DNA of 49,835 nucleotides from Octopus sinensis (Eukaryota): NCBI RefSeq assembly GCF_006345805.1, contig NW_021834451.1, positions 1 to 49,835 of the forward strand, read 5' to 3'. Shown piece by piece: positions 38,460 to 49,835 of this stretch (position 1 is its first letter; each line of letters starts with the position of its first letter). The notes under the pieces were generated by a model. It saw only the letters and a program-made list of their open reading frames with translations, ran no database searches and was not told where the DNA came from. The position numbers and the translations under genes were made by a program.

Positions 38460-38935
38460 GTATATATGTATATATATATTCTATATATATGTATATATAT
38501 ATATATGTTAATATATTGTATATATATATATATTGTATATATATATATATATGTATATATATGTATATATAATATGTATTATATATATATATATATGTAT
38601 ATATATGTATATAATATATATGTATATATATATGTATGTATATATATATTGTTATCTATATATATATTATATATATATGTATATATATGTAATGTATATA
38701 TATGTATTATATATATATGTATATTATATATATCTATATATATATATATATATGGTATATATATGTATATATATATATATATCTATATAAATGATATATA
38801 TATATGTATATATAGTATATATATATATATGTATTATATGTATATATATATATATATATCTATCTATATATATATGCATATATATATATGTATATATATG
38901 TATATAATATATATGTATATATATGTATATATATG

Positions 38936-38974
<39 letters not shown>

Positions 38975-39530
38975 CTATATATATGTTATAATATATATAT
39001 GTATATTATATGTATATATAATATGTATATATATATGTATATATATATATGTATATATATATGTATATATATATATGTATATATATATGTATATATATAT
39101 ATGTATATATATATGTATATATATATATGTATATATATATGTATATATATATATATGTATATGTATATGTATATATATATGTATATATATATATGTATAT
39201 ATATATGGATATATATTATGTATATATATATGTATATATATATATATGTATGTGTATATATAATGTATATATATATGTATATATATATGTATATATTAGA
39301 TATTATTGTATATATATGTATATATATATATGATAATATATAATATTGTATATATATATATATCTATATATATATGTATATATATATATGTATATCTATA
39401 TGTAATATATTATTATATATGTATATATATTATATATATATGTATATATATATATATACATATGTATATATAATTATGTATGTATATATATATGTATATA
39501 TGTATATATATATATTTATATATACATATA
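37385..39530. repeat. Large degenerate (TA)n/(TATATG)n tract, interrupted by a dispersed repeat at 37657-37867
   Basis: Direct reading; the interrupting repeat recurs at 49221-49435 and partly, inverted, at 45665-45790. Confidence 0.95.
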
Positions 39531-39695
39531 TAGGCGCAGGAGTGGCTGTGTGGTAAGTAGCTTGCTAACCAACCACATGGTTCTGGGTTCAGTCCAAACT
39601 GCGTGGCACCTTGGGCAAGTGTCTTCTGCTATAGCCCGGGCCGACCAATGCCTTGTGAGTGGATTTGGTAGACGGAAACTGAAAGAAGCCCGTCG

Positions 39696-39696
<1 letters not shown>
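39531..39696 (+). mobile_element. SINE family A, 5' half
   Basis: Consensus head. Confidence 0.8.
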
Positions 39697-39733
<37 letters not shown>

Positions 39734-39811
39734 ATATATATGTTTTATATATATATATATGTTTATATATATACACACACATATTTATTTTATTCCACAC
39801 GTAGACATATA

Positions 39812-40198
39812 GGAAAACTAGAAGTTGAGAATGCACCGAGGATAGTTAAGATATTTATTATTATTATATTTAAAGATTAAACGGTTTCACAATTTTCACT
39901 GATTTTCAAAATGTCTTGCTTTTGTCTAGCGTTTCAATCTTGTCCCATTTTTATAGGGAGTTCATGGCTCAAATTAGTATATGTTTTCAAATCCTATCCT
40001 AAACACATACTAATTTGATTCATGAACTCCCAATAAAATACAGCAAACACTAGTCAGTAGTAAGAGAACTGCAACATAAGCCACGAGTTTCTATTTCAGC
40101 TTTTTGAAATTCAGTGTAAACTGTGAAACCGGTTAAATCTTTAAATATGATAAAAAATATTTGAACTATTCTCAGTGCATGGTCAACTTCCATTTTCC
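39812..40198. mobile_element. Imperfect palindromic MITE-like element
   Basis: GAAGTTGA..ATGCACCGAGGATAGTT pairs with AACTATTCTCAGTGCAT..TCAACTTC; central arms GGGAGTTCATG / CATGAACTCCC. Confidence 0.7.
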
Positions 40199-40661
40199 CT
40201 ATCTATCTATCTATCTATCTATATATATATATATATATATATATAACTTAGAATAACTTAGAATAACTTAGAAAGGTTTTGGCCAGTATTGGCCCAGGTC
40301 TTGTCTAACTTAATAGCACCACCTGGCGAAGTCTATATATAAATATTTATACATGTGTGTGTGTGTGTATGTGTGAAGGCGTGGAGCTTACGATCGTGAG
40401 GTTGTGAGTTCGATTCCCAGACCGGGCTGCGTGTTGTGCTCTTGTGCAAGACACTTTATTTCACGTTGCTCCAATTAACTCACCTGTAGAAATTATTTGC
40501 AGGTAGGGAACCTATACGCCAAGGAAACCGGGAAACAGGTCCTAATGAGCCAGGCATGAGATGGAACAAAAAGAAATTTATTATTTATAATTACCCGTAC
40601 AAAAAAATGCGATCAAAATTAATAATTAAAAATTAGTTTTATTAAGAAAATAACTTTAGAA

Positions 40662-40899
40662 AATGTAAAGTATAGAAGCCATCTTATCATGGCTAACCAC
40701 ATTGGGGAGGGGGTGTTACTGTAGCTTTTTAGCCCCAAGAGATCTTCGTCTCTAGCTGGCTCTAGACACAATATCTGTGTCCTTGGTCTCTGTGTCTAGA
40801 GCCAGCTAGAGACGAAGATCTCTTGGGGCTATAAAGCTACAGTAACACCTCCTCCCCAATGTGGTTAGCCATGATAAGATGGCTTCTATACTTTACATT
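40662..40899. repeat. Near-perfect inverted repeat, 109-bp arms, 20-nt loop
   Basis: Arms 40662-40770 and 40791-40899 with two non-Watson-Crick positions. Confidence 0.95.
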
Positions 40900-41199
40900 A
40901 TCGAGCGATTACTGTTTCAATCTCATTCTGAGATTTAATTAAACTTTAGAAAAAAAACCCATAAATACATAATTTCATGATAATATAATTAAATTATTAT
41001 AATAGAAATTTACTAAAGTCATTAAAAGAAAATCCCTTAATTAACTATTTATTAAAAAGTTTGTTTAATCTAAATACGCTAATATTAAACAATTTTATAA
41101 AAATTACGATTATTTATTACCTATACTAATTTGTACATGAAAAAAAAAAAACAGACAAATAAATAAATAAATGATCCTTTTTATTTTCTCTTTTCCCAG

Positions 41200-41446
41200 G
41201 TTTAAATACCAAAGAGAACGACCAAAGTGTAGACAACAGCATGAGAATTGCGATCGGTCGGGGCCACTGGACGTAGGTACATGCTGTCAGGACTATCTAT
41301 GTGCATGTAACTCCTATTACCACCTTTGGATGAGATGTTTTTGTGCACCGGATTCAATATATAAGAGTAGTACATTGGTGACAACAGTATATCATTATAC
41401 CTACATATATATTTATATATTTTTATGTTTTCCGGCTATAGTGTGA
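41200..41446 (+). CDS. Gene 3, coding exon 3 (FKYQRERPKCRQQHENCDRSGPLDVGTCCQDYLCACNSYYHLWMRCFCAPDS...); spliced product 123 aa
   Basis: Polypyrimidine acceptor TTTTCCCAG|, phase 2; framework C-x6-C-x10-CC-x4-CxC-x9-CxC. Confidence 0.8.
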
Positions 41447-41534
41447 TCTGCTCCATCTACCTGTTGCTGTGATTGTCATTCAACGTTATATAAACCACCA
41501 ACCCAACAGCAATTATCCAGCAATTCAATATATG

Positions 41535-41757
41535 TTTCTTTATTACCCACAAAGGGGCTAAACACAGAGGGGATAAACAAGGACAGACAAACGGATTAAG
41601 TCGATAACATCGACCCCAGTGCGTAACTGGTCCTTAATTTATCGACCCCGAAAGGATGAAAGGAAAAGTCGACCTCGGCGGAATTTGAACTCAGAACGTC
41701 AAGACAAACGAAATACAGCTACGCATTTCGCCCGGCGTGCTACCGATTCTGCCAAAC
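41535..41757 (-). mobile_element. SINE family C
   Basis: Consensus match, just after the gene 3 stop codon. Confidence 0.8.
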
Positions 41758-41899
41758 TAACCTTTCCAAATAAAGGCTCCTAAACATTTTTCTCGTTATT
41801 GTTATACAAATTCGTGAATCAACATTCATTTGTGTGTAAAAAACGTAGTCTTTGTGTAGAAAATATTTTACACAGTGTTTTTTCAATCTTTTTTTTTTT

Positions 41900-42930
41900 A
41901 TCTTGACTGCTACCATGCTGGGGCAACCACTCGAAGGGTTTTAGTAGAACTAACCGACCCTAGGACTTATTTTTTAAAGCCTAGTCCTTATTCCGTTGTC
42001 TCTTTTTTTTATCTTGACTGCTACCATGCTGGGGCAACCACTCGAAGGGTTTTAGTAGAACTAACCGACCCTAGGACTTATTTTTTAAAGCCTAGTCCTT
42101 ATTCCGTTGTCTCTTTTTTTTATATCTTGACTGCTACCATGCTGGGGCAACCACTCGAAGGGTTTTAGTAGAACTAACCGACCCTAGGACTTATTTTTTA
42201 AAGCCTAGTCCTTATTCCGTTGTCTCTTTTTTTTTTATCTTGACTGCTACCATGCTGGGGCAACCACTCGAAGGGTTTTAGTAGAACTAACCGACCCTAG
42301 GACTTATTTTTTAAAGCCTAGTCCTTATTCCGTTGTCTCTTTTGCCGAGCCGCTAAGTTACGGGAACATAAATACCAGTTTTCAAGCGGGGCTTCTTTCA
42401 GTTTCCGTCTATCAAATCCACTCACAAGGCTTTGGTCGGCATGAGGCTATAGTACCAGACACCTGCCCAAGGTGCCACGCATTAGGACTAACCGACCCTA
42501 GGACTTATTTTTTAAAGCCTAGTCCTTATTCCGTTGTCTCTTTTGCCGAGCCGCTAAGTTACGGGAACATAAATACCAGTTTTCAAGCGAGGCTTCTTTC
42601 AGTTTCCGTCTACCAAATCCACTCACAAGGCTTTGGTCAGCATGAGGCTATAGTACCAGACACCTGCCCAAGGTGCCACGCATTAGGACTAACCGACCCT
42701 AGGACTTATTTTTTAAAGCCTAGTCCTTATTCCGTTGTCTCTTTTGCCGAGCCGCTAAGTTACGGGAACATAAATACCAGTTTTCAAGCGAGGCTTCTTT
42801 CAGTTTCTGTCTACCAAATCCACTCACAAGGCTTTGGTCGGCATGAGGCTATAGTACCAGACACCTGCCCAAGGTGCCACGCATTAGGACTAAACCCGGA
42901 CCCATGGGGTTGGGAAGCAAGCTTTTTACC
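41900..42930 (-). repeat. Two-tier tandem array derived from a decayed SINE family A (111-113 bp x4, then 201 bp x3)
   Basis: Unit starts at 41900, 42011, 42124, 42237 and at 42286, 42487, 42688. Confidence 0.9.
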
Positions 42931-43009
42931 ACGTTCATGAATCGAAAGCTATTAGAAGGGATAATGATGCTGCGTGAGAGAGAGAGAGGAAAATTCTATG
43001 GGATGTTTT

Positions 43010-43407
43010 AGGAGTGGCTGTGTGGTAAGTAGCTTGCTAACCAACCACATGGTTCCGGGTTCAGTCCCACTGCGTGGCATCTTGGGCAGGTGCCTTCTAC
43101 TATAGCCTCGGGCCGACCAATGCCTTGTGAGTGGATTTGGTAGACGGAAACTGAAAGAAGTCTGTCGTATATATGTATATATATATAAGTGTGTGTGTAT
43201 ATGTTTGTGTGTCTGTGTTTGTCCCCCTAGCATTGCTTGACAACCGATGCTTGTGTGTTTACGTCCCCGTCACTTTGCGGTTCGGCAAAAGAGTCCGATA
43301 GAATAAGTACTGGGCTTACAAAGAATAAGTCCCGGGGTCGATTTGCTCGACTAAAGGCGGTGCTCCAGCATGGCCGAAGTCAAATGACTGAAACAAGTAA
43401 AGAGTAA
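43010..43407 (+). mobile_element. SINE family A
   Basis: Consensus match. Confidence 0.85.
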
Positions 43408-43545
43408 GTGTAATATTGGTTTCAAATTTTGACACCAGGCTAACAATTTTGGCGATGGGATAAGTTGATAACATCAACCCGGTCTTCAAATGGTACTTAT
43501 TGTATCGGCTCCGAAAGAATAAATGGTAATGTCGACCTCGGCGAT

Positions 43546-43961
43546 GGCAGCGAGTTGGCAGAAACGTTAGCACGCCGGGCGAAATGTTTAGCAGTATTTC
43601 GTCTGCCGTTACGTTCTGAGTCCAAATTCCGCCGAGGTCGACTTTACCTTTCATCCTTTCGGGGTCGATAAATTAAGTACCAGTTACGCGCTGGGGTCGA
43701 TGTAATCGACTTAATCCGTTTGTTTGTCCTAGTTTGTCCTCTCTGTGTTTGGCCCCTTGTGGGTAGTAAAGAAATAGGTATTTCGTCTACCGTTACGTTC
43801 TGGGTTCAAATTCCGCCGAGGTCGACTTTACCTTTCATCCTTTCGGGGTCGATAAATTAAGTACCAGTTACGCACTGGGGTCGGTGTAATCGACTTAATC
43901 CCTTTGTTTGTCCTAGTTTGTCCTCTCTGTGTTTAGCCCCTTGTGGGTAGTAAAGAAATAG
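43546..43961 (+). mobile_element. SINE family C dimer
   Basis: Full unit plus a head-truncated second unit joined at GAAATAG|GTATTTCGTC. Confidence 0.85.
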
Positions 43962-44310
43962 GTATTTGACCTTAGAACCTATAGACAGCCGAAATGCCGA
44001 TAAGCATTTTGCCCGGAGTGCTAACGACTCTACCAGTTCGCCGCCCTAGACATATGTAATGTTGTGAATTATTTCCCATTAAGCATGTTTGATATGTGTT
44101 TTTCATATCTGAAATGATAGGGAGAAGGTAAATAGGTTGTTTTAAAAGAATCTTGCTGAAAGGAAAGTTGCAAAAGGTTGATGCTTTTAAATTACTATAA
44201 TGTTCGTCGCCACGACTCGAAACCTGTCCGACGCATCACTGCTATAATCGATAAGCACCAAATACTCCATAAAAACCGTCTGTGTGTGTGTTAGCTGACT
44301 TCATTGGCCA

Positions 44311-44576
44311 TTCTTTTACTCTTTTACTTGTTTCAGTCATTTGACTGTGGCCATGCTGGAGCACCGCCTTTAGTCGAGCAAATCTACCCCGGGACTTATT
44401 CTTTGGAAGCCTAGAACTTATTCTATCGGTCTCTTATGCCGAAGCGATAAGTTACGGGGACGTAAACACACCAGTATCGGTTGTCAAGCGATGTTGTGGG
44501 GACAAACACAGACATACAAACATATACAGACAAACGCACACACACACACACACACACAACACACACACACACACAC

Positions 44577-44636
<60 letters not shown>

Positions 44637-44810
44637 ATATACATATATACGACGAGCTTCTTTCAGTTTCCGTCTACCAAATCCACTCACAAGGCTATGG
44701 TCGGCCCGAGGCTATAGTAGAAGATACTTGCCCAAGGTGCCACTCAGTGGGACTGAAATCGGAACCATGTGGTTGGTAAGCAAGCTACTTACCACACAGC
44801 CACTCCTGCG
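44311..44810 (-). mobile_element. SINE family A
   Basis: Consensus match. Confidence 0.85.
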
Positions 44811-45573
44811 ACTATTAATTTTTTGTTTATCATAAGTTGCTTTTTAGAGGTGGGCGCCCCTACTATTGGTACATATGTCTAGGGCGGTGAGCTGCTAGAA
44901 TCGCTAGCACCCCGGGCAAAATGCTTATCGGCATTTCGTCCGTCTGGAGGTCCTGAGGTTAACTACTACCTAGGACATTACAATTTATTCTTCCGGGGCC
45001 GATACAATAAGTACCATTTGAAGACCGGGGATCTTTATTATCGACTTATCCCAGCCATGAAATTGCTAGCCTGGTGTCAAAATCTGAAACCAATAGTAGA
45101 ATCTACGAGTAGAAAAACTGGTAGAAAATACGGAAATAAATCTAATATTTTTCGAACACAGCCAATCGCATGTAGAAAGCTTGGGCAGTGCACATGGAGC
45201 CTTAACTGTATTTTTGTAGAAGCGCATAACCCAAGAGGATAACCCAAAGAAATTACTTTTAAAAAAGCTTACATAAATATACTGCAAAGAAAGTGAACTA
45301 CAATGACACAGTTAGACGATATAGTAACAAAAGCAAAACAGATACAGGGTGCTCATGTTGCCACGGTTTGTATAGACAAGTGTATAGACAATACACGATT
45401 CATTATGGGTTAGGTCAAATCTGTCTGGTCAGCATTGTGTCTACAACAAAACACATAAAGCTATGACGAACCCTAAAAAACGTACTTGACGGTCCAGGAA
45501 TCGAAACCTCAACCATACGATCATGAGTTCAACACCCTAACCACTAAGCCACGCGCCTCCACACGCACGCACA

Positions 45574-45617
<44 letters not shown>

Positions 45618-45812
45618 ACACACGCACACACACACATACACACACACACACAATTCTCTCTCTGTTTATTTTCTCGTGTTTCTTTCTGTTGAAGAGCATA
45701 GGCTCGAAACGTAAAAGACTTTCTCAGCTTCCCGAGCGTAAAACTAATACACCTGCTTGTTGTTTACACACCTGTTCGACTTTTTGTTTCTTTGTAAATT
45801 CCAACTATATTA

Positions 45813-45881
<69 letters not shown>

Positions 45882-46320
45882 TGTATGTATGTAGCATGTA
45901 TTTCGGCCACATCATGACAAACTGAAAAAAAGCATAGAAGCCATTTTATGAGACAGGTGATTATCAACATATAAAATGCAGCGTGAGGACTTTGCACGAC
46001 CGCGTTTTTCTCTTATATCGAAGACAACAGCTTGAAGTGTTTTTTTGCAATTATATTTCAAAATTACGGTTTAAATACCATAACAAGGGTATTTAACCTA
46101 TTTAACTAGTAAACTGTCATATAACTACACACATAAATATGTACAAGTATATTTATATCTACGTCTATGTACGTATACATACTTACATGTATATACACAC
46201 GCACACACACGGTCTGATACATGGTCACACACAGATGTATATGTATATATTTCTATGCATATATACACCCATCGAGCCATCCCTCCATCCATCTATTCAT
46301 CCAATCATTCATCTATCCAT

Positions 46321-46361
<41 letters not shown>

Positions 46362-47109
46362 AATGTATGTAGAATTCGATTAGAGATGATGTCATCCAAA
46401 GATATATATATATATACATATATGCAGACACGATATAAGTAGCATCAGGTGAGTAATCAATATCAAATTTCTTGGTTCTTGTGCAACGGAAATCAACAGA
46501 CTACTCAAATTCCGATGGGAGAATATAAAGTGTGGGTAATGTTTAAACTATTAACTTTTGGTTGTGTGTGGATGCATAAGAAGCGATACAGCGTGTGAAG
46601 TGTTGGTGGTGTTAGCGCTGGTGATCGAATGGATTTCTATTTTATATTTGCATTTGATTGGATGGTATTTTTAGGTCGAGAATCCGAGAAGTTCGTTGTG
46701 GGATTACCTTGATGGTATTCTTATGGAAAACCTAAAATACAAAGAGATGGTTGGCTGACTGAATCGTTATCGCACCGGACAAAGTGATTTGCTATACTTC
46801 GTTCGACATTACACTCTGAGTTGAATCACCACCGAGGTCGACTTTGGATTCCATCCTTATGGGGTCGAAGAAGAAAAGGTTCCAATCGAGTATTGTGGTC
46901 GATGAAGCAGTACCATTAGCATACAGGTATCCCCCTTCTCCAAAAATTCAAGCCTTGAGCCTGAATCCAATCGATTATTCGTCGTTGTGTTATCTATATC
47001 GTAGCTTATGGAGATTAATTTTGGAAATAATTTAAGATGTAAAAAGTGAGGTAAGACATTTATTCAATTGCTTTCTTTCCTTCTTATATTTCATATCATT
47101 AGTTGCGTG

Positions 47110-47176
47110 ATGAGAAGAACTCTTGCACTCCTCTGTATCGGCGTACTCATTTCATGCACCTCGTCGCAGAAGCAAG
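47110..47176 (+). CDS. Gene 4, coding exon 1 (signal peptide MRRTLALLCIGVLISCTSSQKQ)
   Basis: Acceptor CATTAG|TTGCGTGATG, 22 codons + 1 nt, donor G|GTAAAT; same size and phase as the other signal exons. Confidence 0.75.
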
Positions 47177-47289
47177 GTAAATATCAACCACTACCATCAC
47201 TACATAGTAATCCTAGAGGCAATGAGACAAGAGGAGAGATAGAGAGAGAGAGAAAGAGAGAGAAGCGGGGAGAGTCATTTTATATAGTC

Positions 47290-48340
47290 AAATGAAATTT
47301 GGGGCTCCTGTGTGCATCTGCTCATATCTTCCGTGTTGGGTGGGGCAGGGAGAGGATTGGTGTCTGCACGGGAAGGGTGGGGCAGAGTAGGCTTGGGTGG
47401 GCGTGGGATGGAGCTTATCACTCACAGATTGTGTCTTCCTCTTCTTTCTTCTTTTCTTCACTTTTTCCCATCCGTCTTCCTCTTTATTTTCACCTATTTC
47501 TGCTTCCGCACTAGTTACTGCTGGAGGTGCGGCTTCCTTTCCGCTCACAGGCTTGGTCTGATATCTGGAGGTAGTGGCCTTTTAGGTCACATTTGTAGCA
47601 CCGAGGGATCCTTCCCTCCACTCTAATTCTCAGTGTCGTGTCTTCGATCGTTATAGTCTCCATCATCCGTTCTAGGTTTTCTGGGGGCGGTCTAGATCAT
47701 CATATCGAGCTCCTGCCCCTGCCAATTCCTGTGGGCAGTACAAGTGGCTTTGAGGACCATCACCTTCTCCTCCAAGCCCAGCAGAATAGCGTTCACTAAT
47801 CAAGCTACGTCTGTTTCTGGGGGTATGTCTTCTACCCTTACCCTGGAAGCACGTCTTCCAAGGTATATGAGTAGAAGCACTACCTCCTCCGTTTTAAAGG
47901 GGTTGTCGCTGTATCTCGGAGTCACATCTTCACAGTTCCAAACTTTCGGTCTCTGTTGAGGTAAACAATTTCTCTCCATATTAGTTTTAACAACCCTTCA
48001 ATTTGGGCAACCGTCATTTCCTCAATTTTCTGGTTCTTCACAGAAAATATTCTGTAAATAATTATTTTCTCCTCACCTTGCATTGCTTCTTGGGGTGGGA
48101 CACCATCACATTGTGTCTGTCCCTTCTTAATATCTCCTTATATTTTCCGATTTCCTGCAAATTAATTTGTCTTTGGTGGCTTCTGGCCACCGTTGCGAAA
48201 TCCATTTTCCCATCTGCGTTCTCCAGAGTTTTTAATAGTTCCTCCTCTGAAGAAGAGAACTCCGAGGAGCTTCAGTTCTCTTAATTTATCATCATTTTTT
48301 TTCCCAAACAGCGCTGCCCTCTTCAAATAAGGGGAACAGC
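47290..48340 (-). pseudogene. Degenerate non-LTR retrotransposon ORF1 (gag-like) fragment in gene 4 intron
   Basis: The - strand reads TLRIRVEGRIPRCYKCDLKGH (zinc knuckle, about 47574-47640), followed by a basic stretch GWEKVKKRRKKRK; broken by stops and frameshifts. Confidence 0.6.
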
Positions 48341-48474
48341 GTTAACTGCCGCAAGGCAGCAAAAACAAGTGTAAAAACAATACACACATCAAGCAGCTTT
48401 CAATAAACATTACTGACCTTTGGAACAACTCACAAACACGAACGAGTCGAGATGATTGTAACAACGGTGAAAAA

Positions 48475-48659
48475 GGCGGCGAGCTGGCAGAAACGTTAGC
48501 ACGCCGGGCGAAATGCGTAGCCGTATTTCGTCTGCCGTTACGTTCTGAGTTCAAATTCCGCCGAGGTCGACTTTGCCTTTCATGTAATCGACTTAATCCG
48601 TTTGTCTGTCCTTGTTTGTCCCCTCTGTGTTTAGTCCCTTGTGGGTAGTAAAGAAATAT
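48475..48659 (+). mobile_element. SINE family C, internally deleted
   Basis: Consensus head and tail. Confidence 0.8.
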
Positions 48660-48761
48660 GTAACAACGGTGAAAAAAATATCAATGATAATTTGTTGATG
48701 CATTTAGGCAAGTCTTTATCTGTATTATAAGACAACTGCAAAAATATTCTTTTTTTTTTTA

Positions 48762-48930
48762 TTTGCTTCTGTCATTTGACTGCGGCCATGCTGGGGCACC
48801 GCATTTAGTCGAACAAATCAACCCCAGAACTTATTCTTTGTAAGCCTAGTACTTATTTTATCGGTCTCTTTTGTCGAACCGCTAAGTTAAAGGGACGTAA
48901 ACACACCAGCATCGGTTGTCAAGCGATGGT
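48762..48930 (-). mobile_element. SINE family A, 3' half
   Basis: Consensus match. Confidence 0.75.
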
Positions 48931-48968
<38 letters not shown>

Positions 48969-49037
48969 GGAGTAAACACATAAATGTGAAACAAGGTGGA
49001 AAAAAGAGTACTCAAATACCAGTGGTAGAGTAATATG

Positions 49038-49160
49038 CTTTATTTAAAGCAGCAGAAAATTCAACAAAACCTGTTACTCTGAGTTTCTCGTTGCCGATGA
49101 ACGGCAACGAGAAACTCAGAGTAACAGATTTTGTTGAATTTTCTGCTGCTTTAAATAAAG
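49038..49160. repeat. Inverted repeat, 59-bp arms, 5-nt loop
   Basis: Arms 49038-49096 and 49102-49160 with one mismatch. Confidence 0.95.
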
Positions 49161-49172
49161 TATATATATATA

Positions 49173-49222
<50 letters not shown>

Positions 49223-49705
49223 CGGGAAGCTTTATGAAAATAGACAAAAGACGAAGGCAGGTGGAAAACAAACAAACAATTGTATTAGTATGGCGCTCAG
49301 GAAATATAAATAAAACAAGTCTTTAACGTTTCGAGCCTACGCTCTTCAACAGAAAGATACACAGAGAGAAAAAAAAACACAGAAAGAAGGAGAGAAAAAA
49401 ATGCGTGCAGTAACTAACGAATCAACATGGCGATCTGATTTCGGCCAGAAGTCAAAGATCAAACATGAGACGCGAGAGCGAAATTAGGGGAGATAATAGA
49501 TATATATATATATATATACCTATTTTATACATACACTTACATATACGCATGCACACACGTGCACACATTATACTCTTGTTATTTAAATATCCACCGAGAG
49601 CATTTGATGTCGTTTATATATTTCTATACACAAGAAAATATGTTCGAAATCATCGGATGTTTTTATACATTTTAATTCTTGGATATTTTATTATATAATT
49701 TCCAG

Positions 49706-49760
49706 ATCGCAATATGTCTGGTGGCAGGTCAGAAACAGATTACGATCACCTGGATGGAAG
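49706..49760 (+). CDS. Gene 4, coding exon 2 (propeptide DRNMSGGRSETDYDHLDG-R/S); mature exon predicted beyond the window end
   Basis: Acceptor TTTCCAG|, donor AG|GTAAGA; 55 nt (2+51+2), same phases as paralogs. Confidence 0.7.
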
Positions 49761-49835
49761 GTAAGAATTATATTTTGACAATTATTTGAGAATGATATCA
49801 TCAATAGTGAGATAAATACTATAATTATTTTGTTA

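Noticed and set aside
47051-47102. 52-nt intron from the GAG|GTAAGA donor just upstream of the gene 4 signal exon
   Set aside because: Very short, and a competing donor CAG|GTGAGT exists at about 46448; it cannot be decided without transcripts.

Overview
AT-rich, intron-dominated eukaryotic DNA packed with microsatellites and tRNA-derived SINEs. The repeat style suggests an octopod cephalopod (inference from remembered repeat families, not a database match). Most long ORFs in the six-frame track are microsatellite artefacts. Splicing by hand reveals a + strand tandem cluster of four paralogous genes encoding small secreted prepropeptides. Each has three coding exons: signal peptide, phase-1 intron, short propeptide, phase-2 intron, then a mature 8-cysteine knottin (ICK/agatoxin-like) domain. 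Gene 1 = 4146-4212, 5381-5411, 11164-11299. Gene 2 = 22870-22933, 23561-23642, plus two alternative terminal exons, 25858-26005 and 27293-27506. Gene 3 = 34122-34194, 36521-36572, 41200-41446. Gene 4 = 47110-47176, 49706-49760, with its last exon beyond the window. The two gene 2 mature exons differ at about 25% of cysteine-core nucleotides while their intronic flanks differ at about 3%, as in toxin or defence peptide families. Gene 1 has a relocated cysteine. The rest is mobile DNA: several SINE families, a LINE RT fragment sharing its 3' tail with one SINE family, a mariner derivative, a solo LTR, foldback MITEs, helitron-like elements, Penelope remnants with hammerhead-like motifs, and long hairpins.
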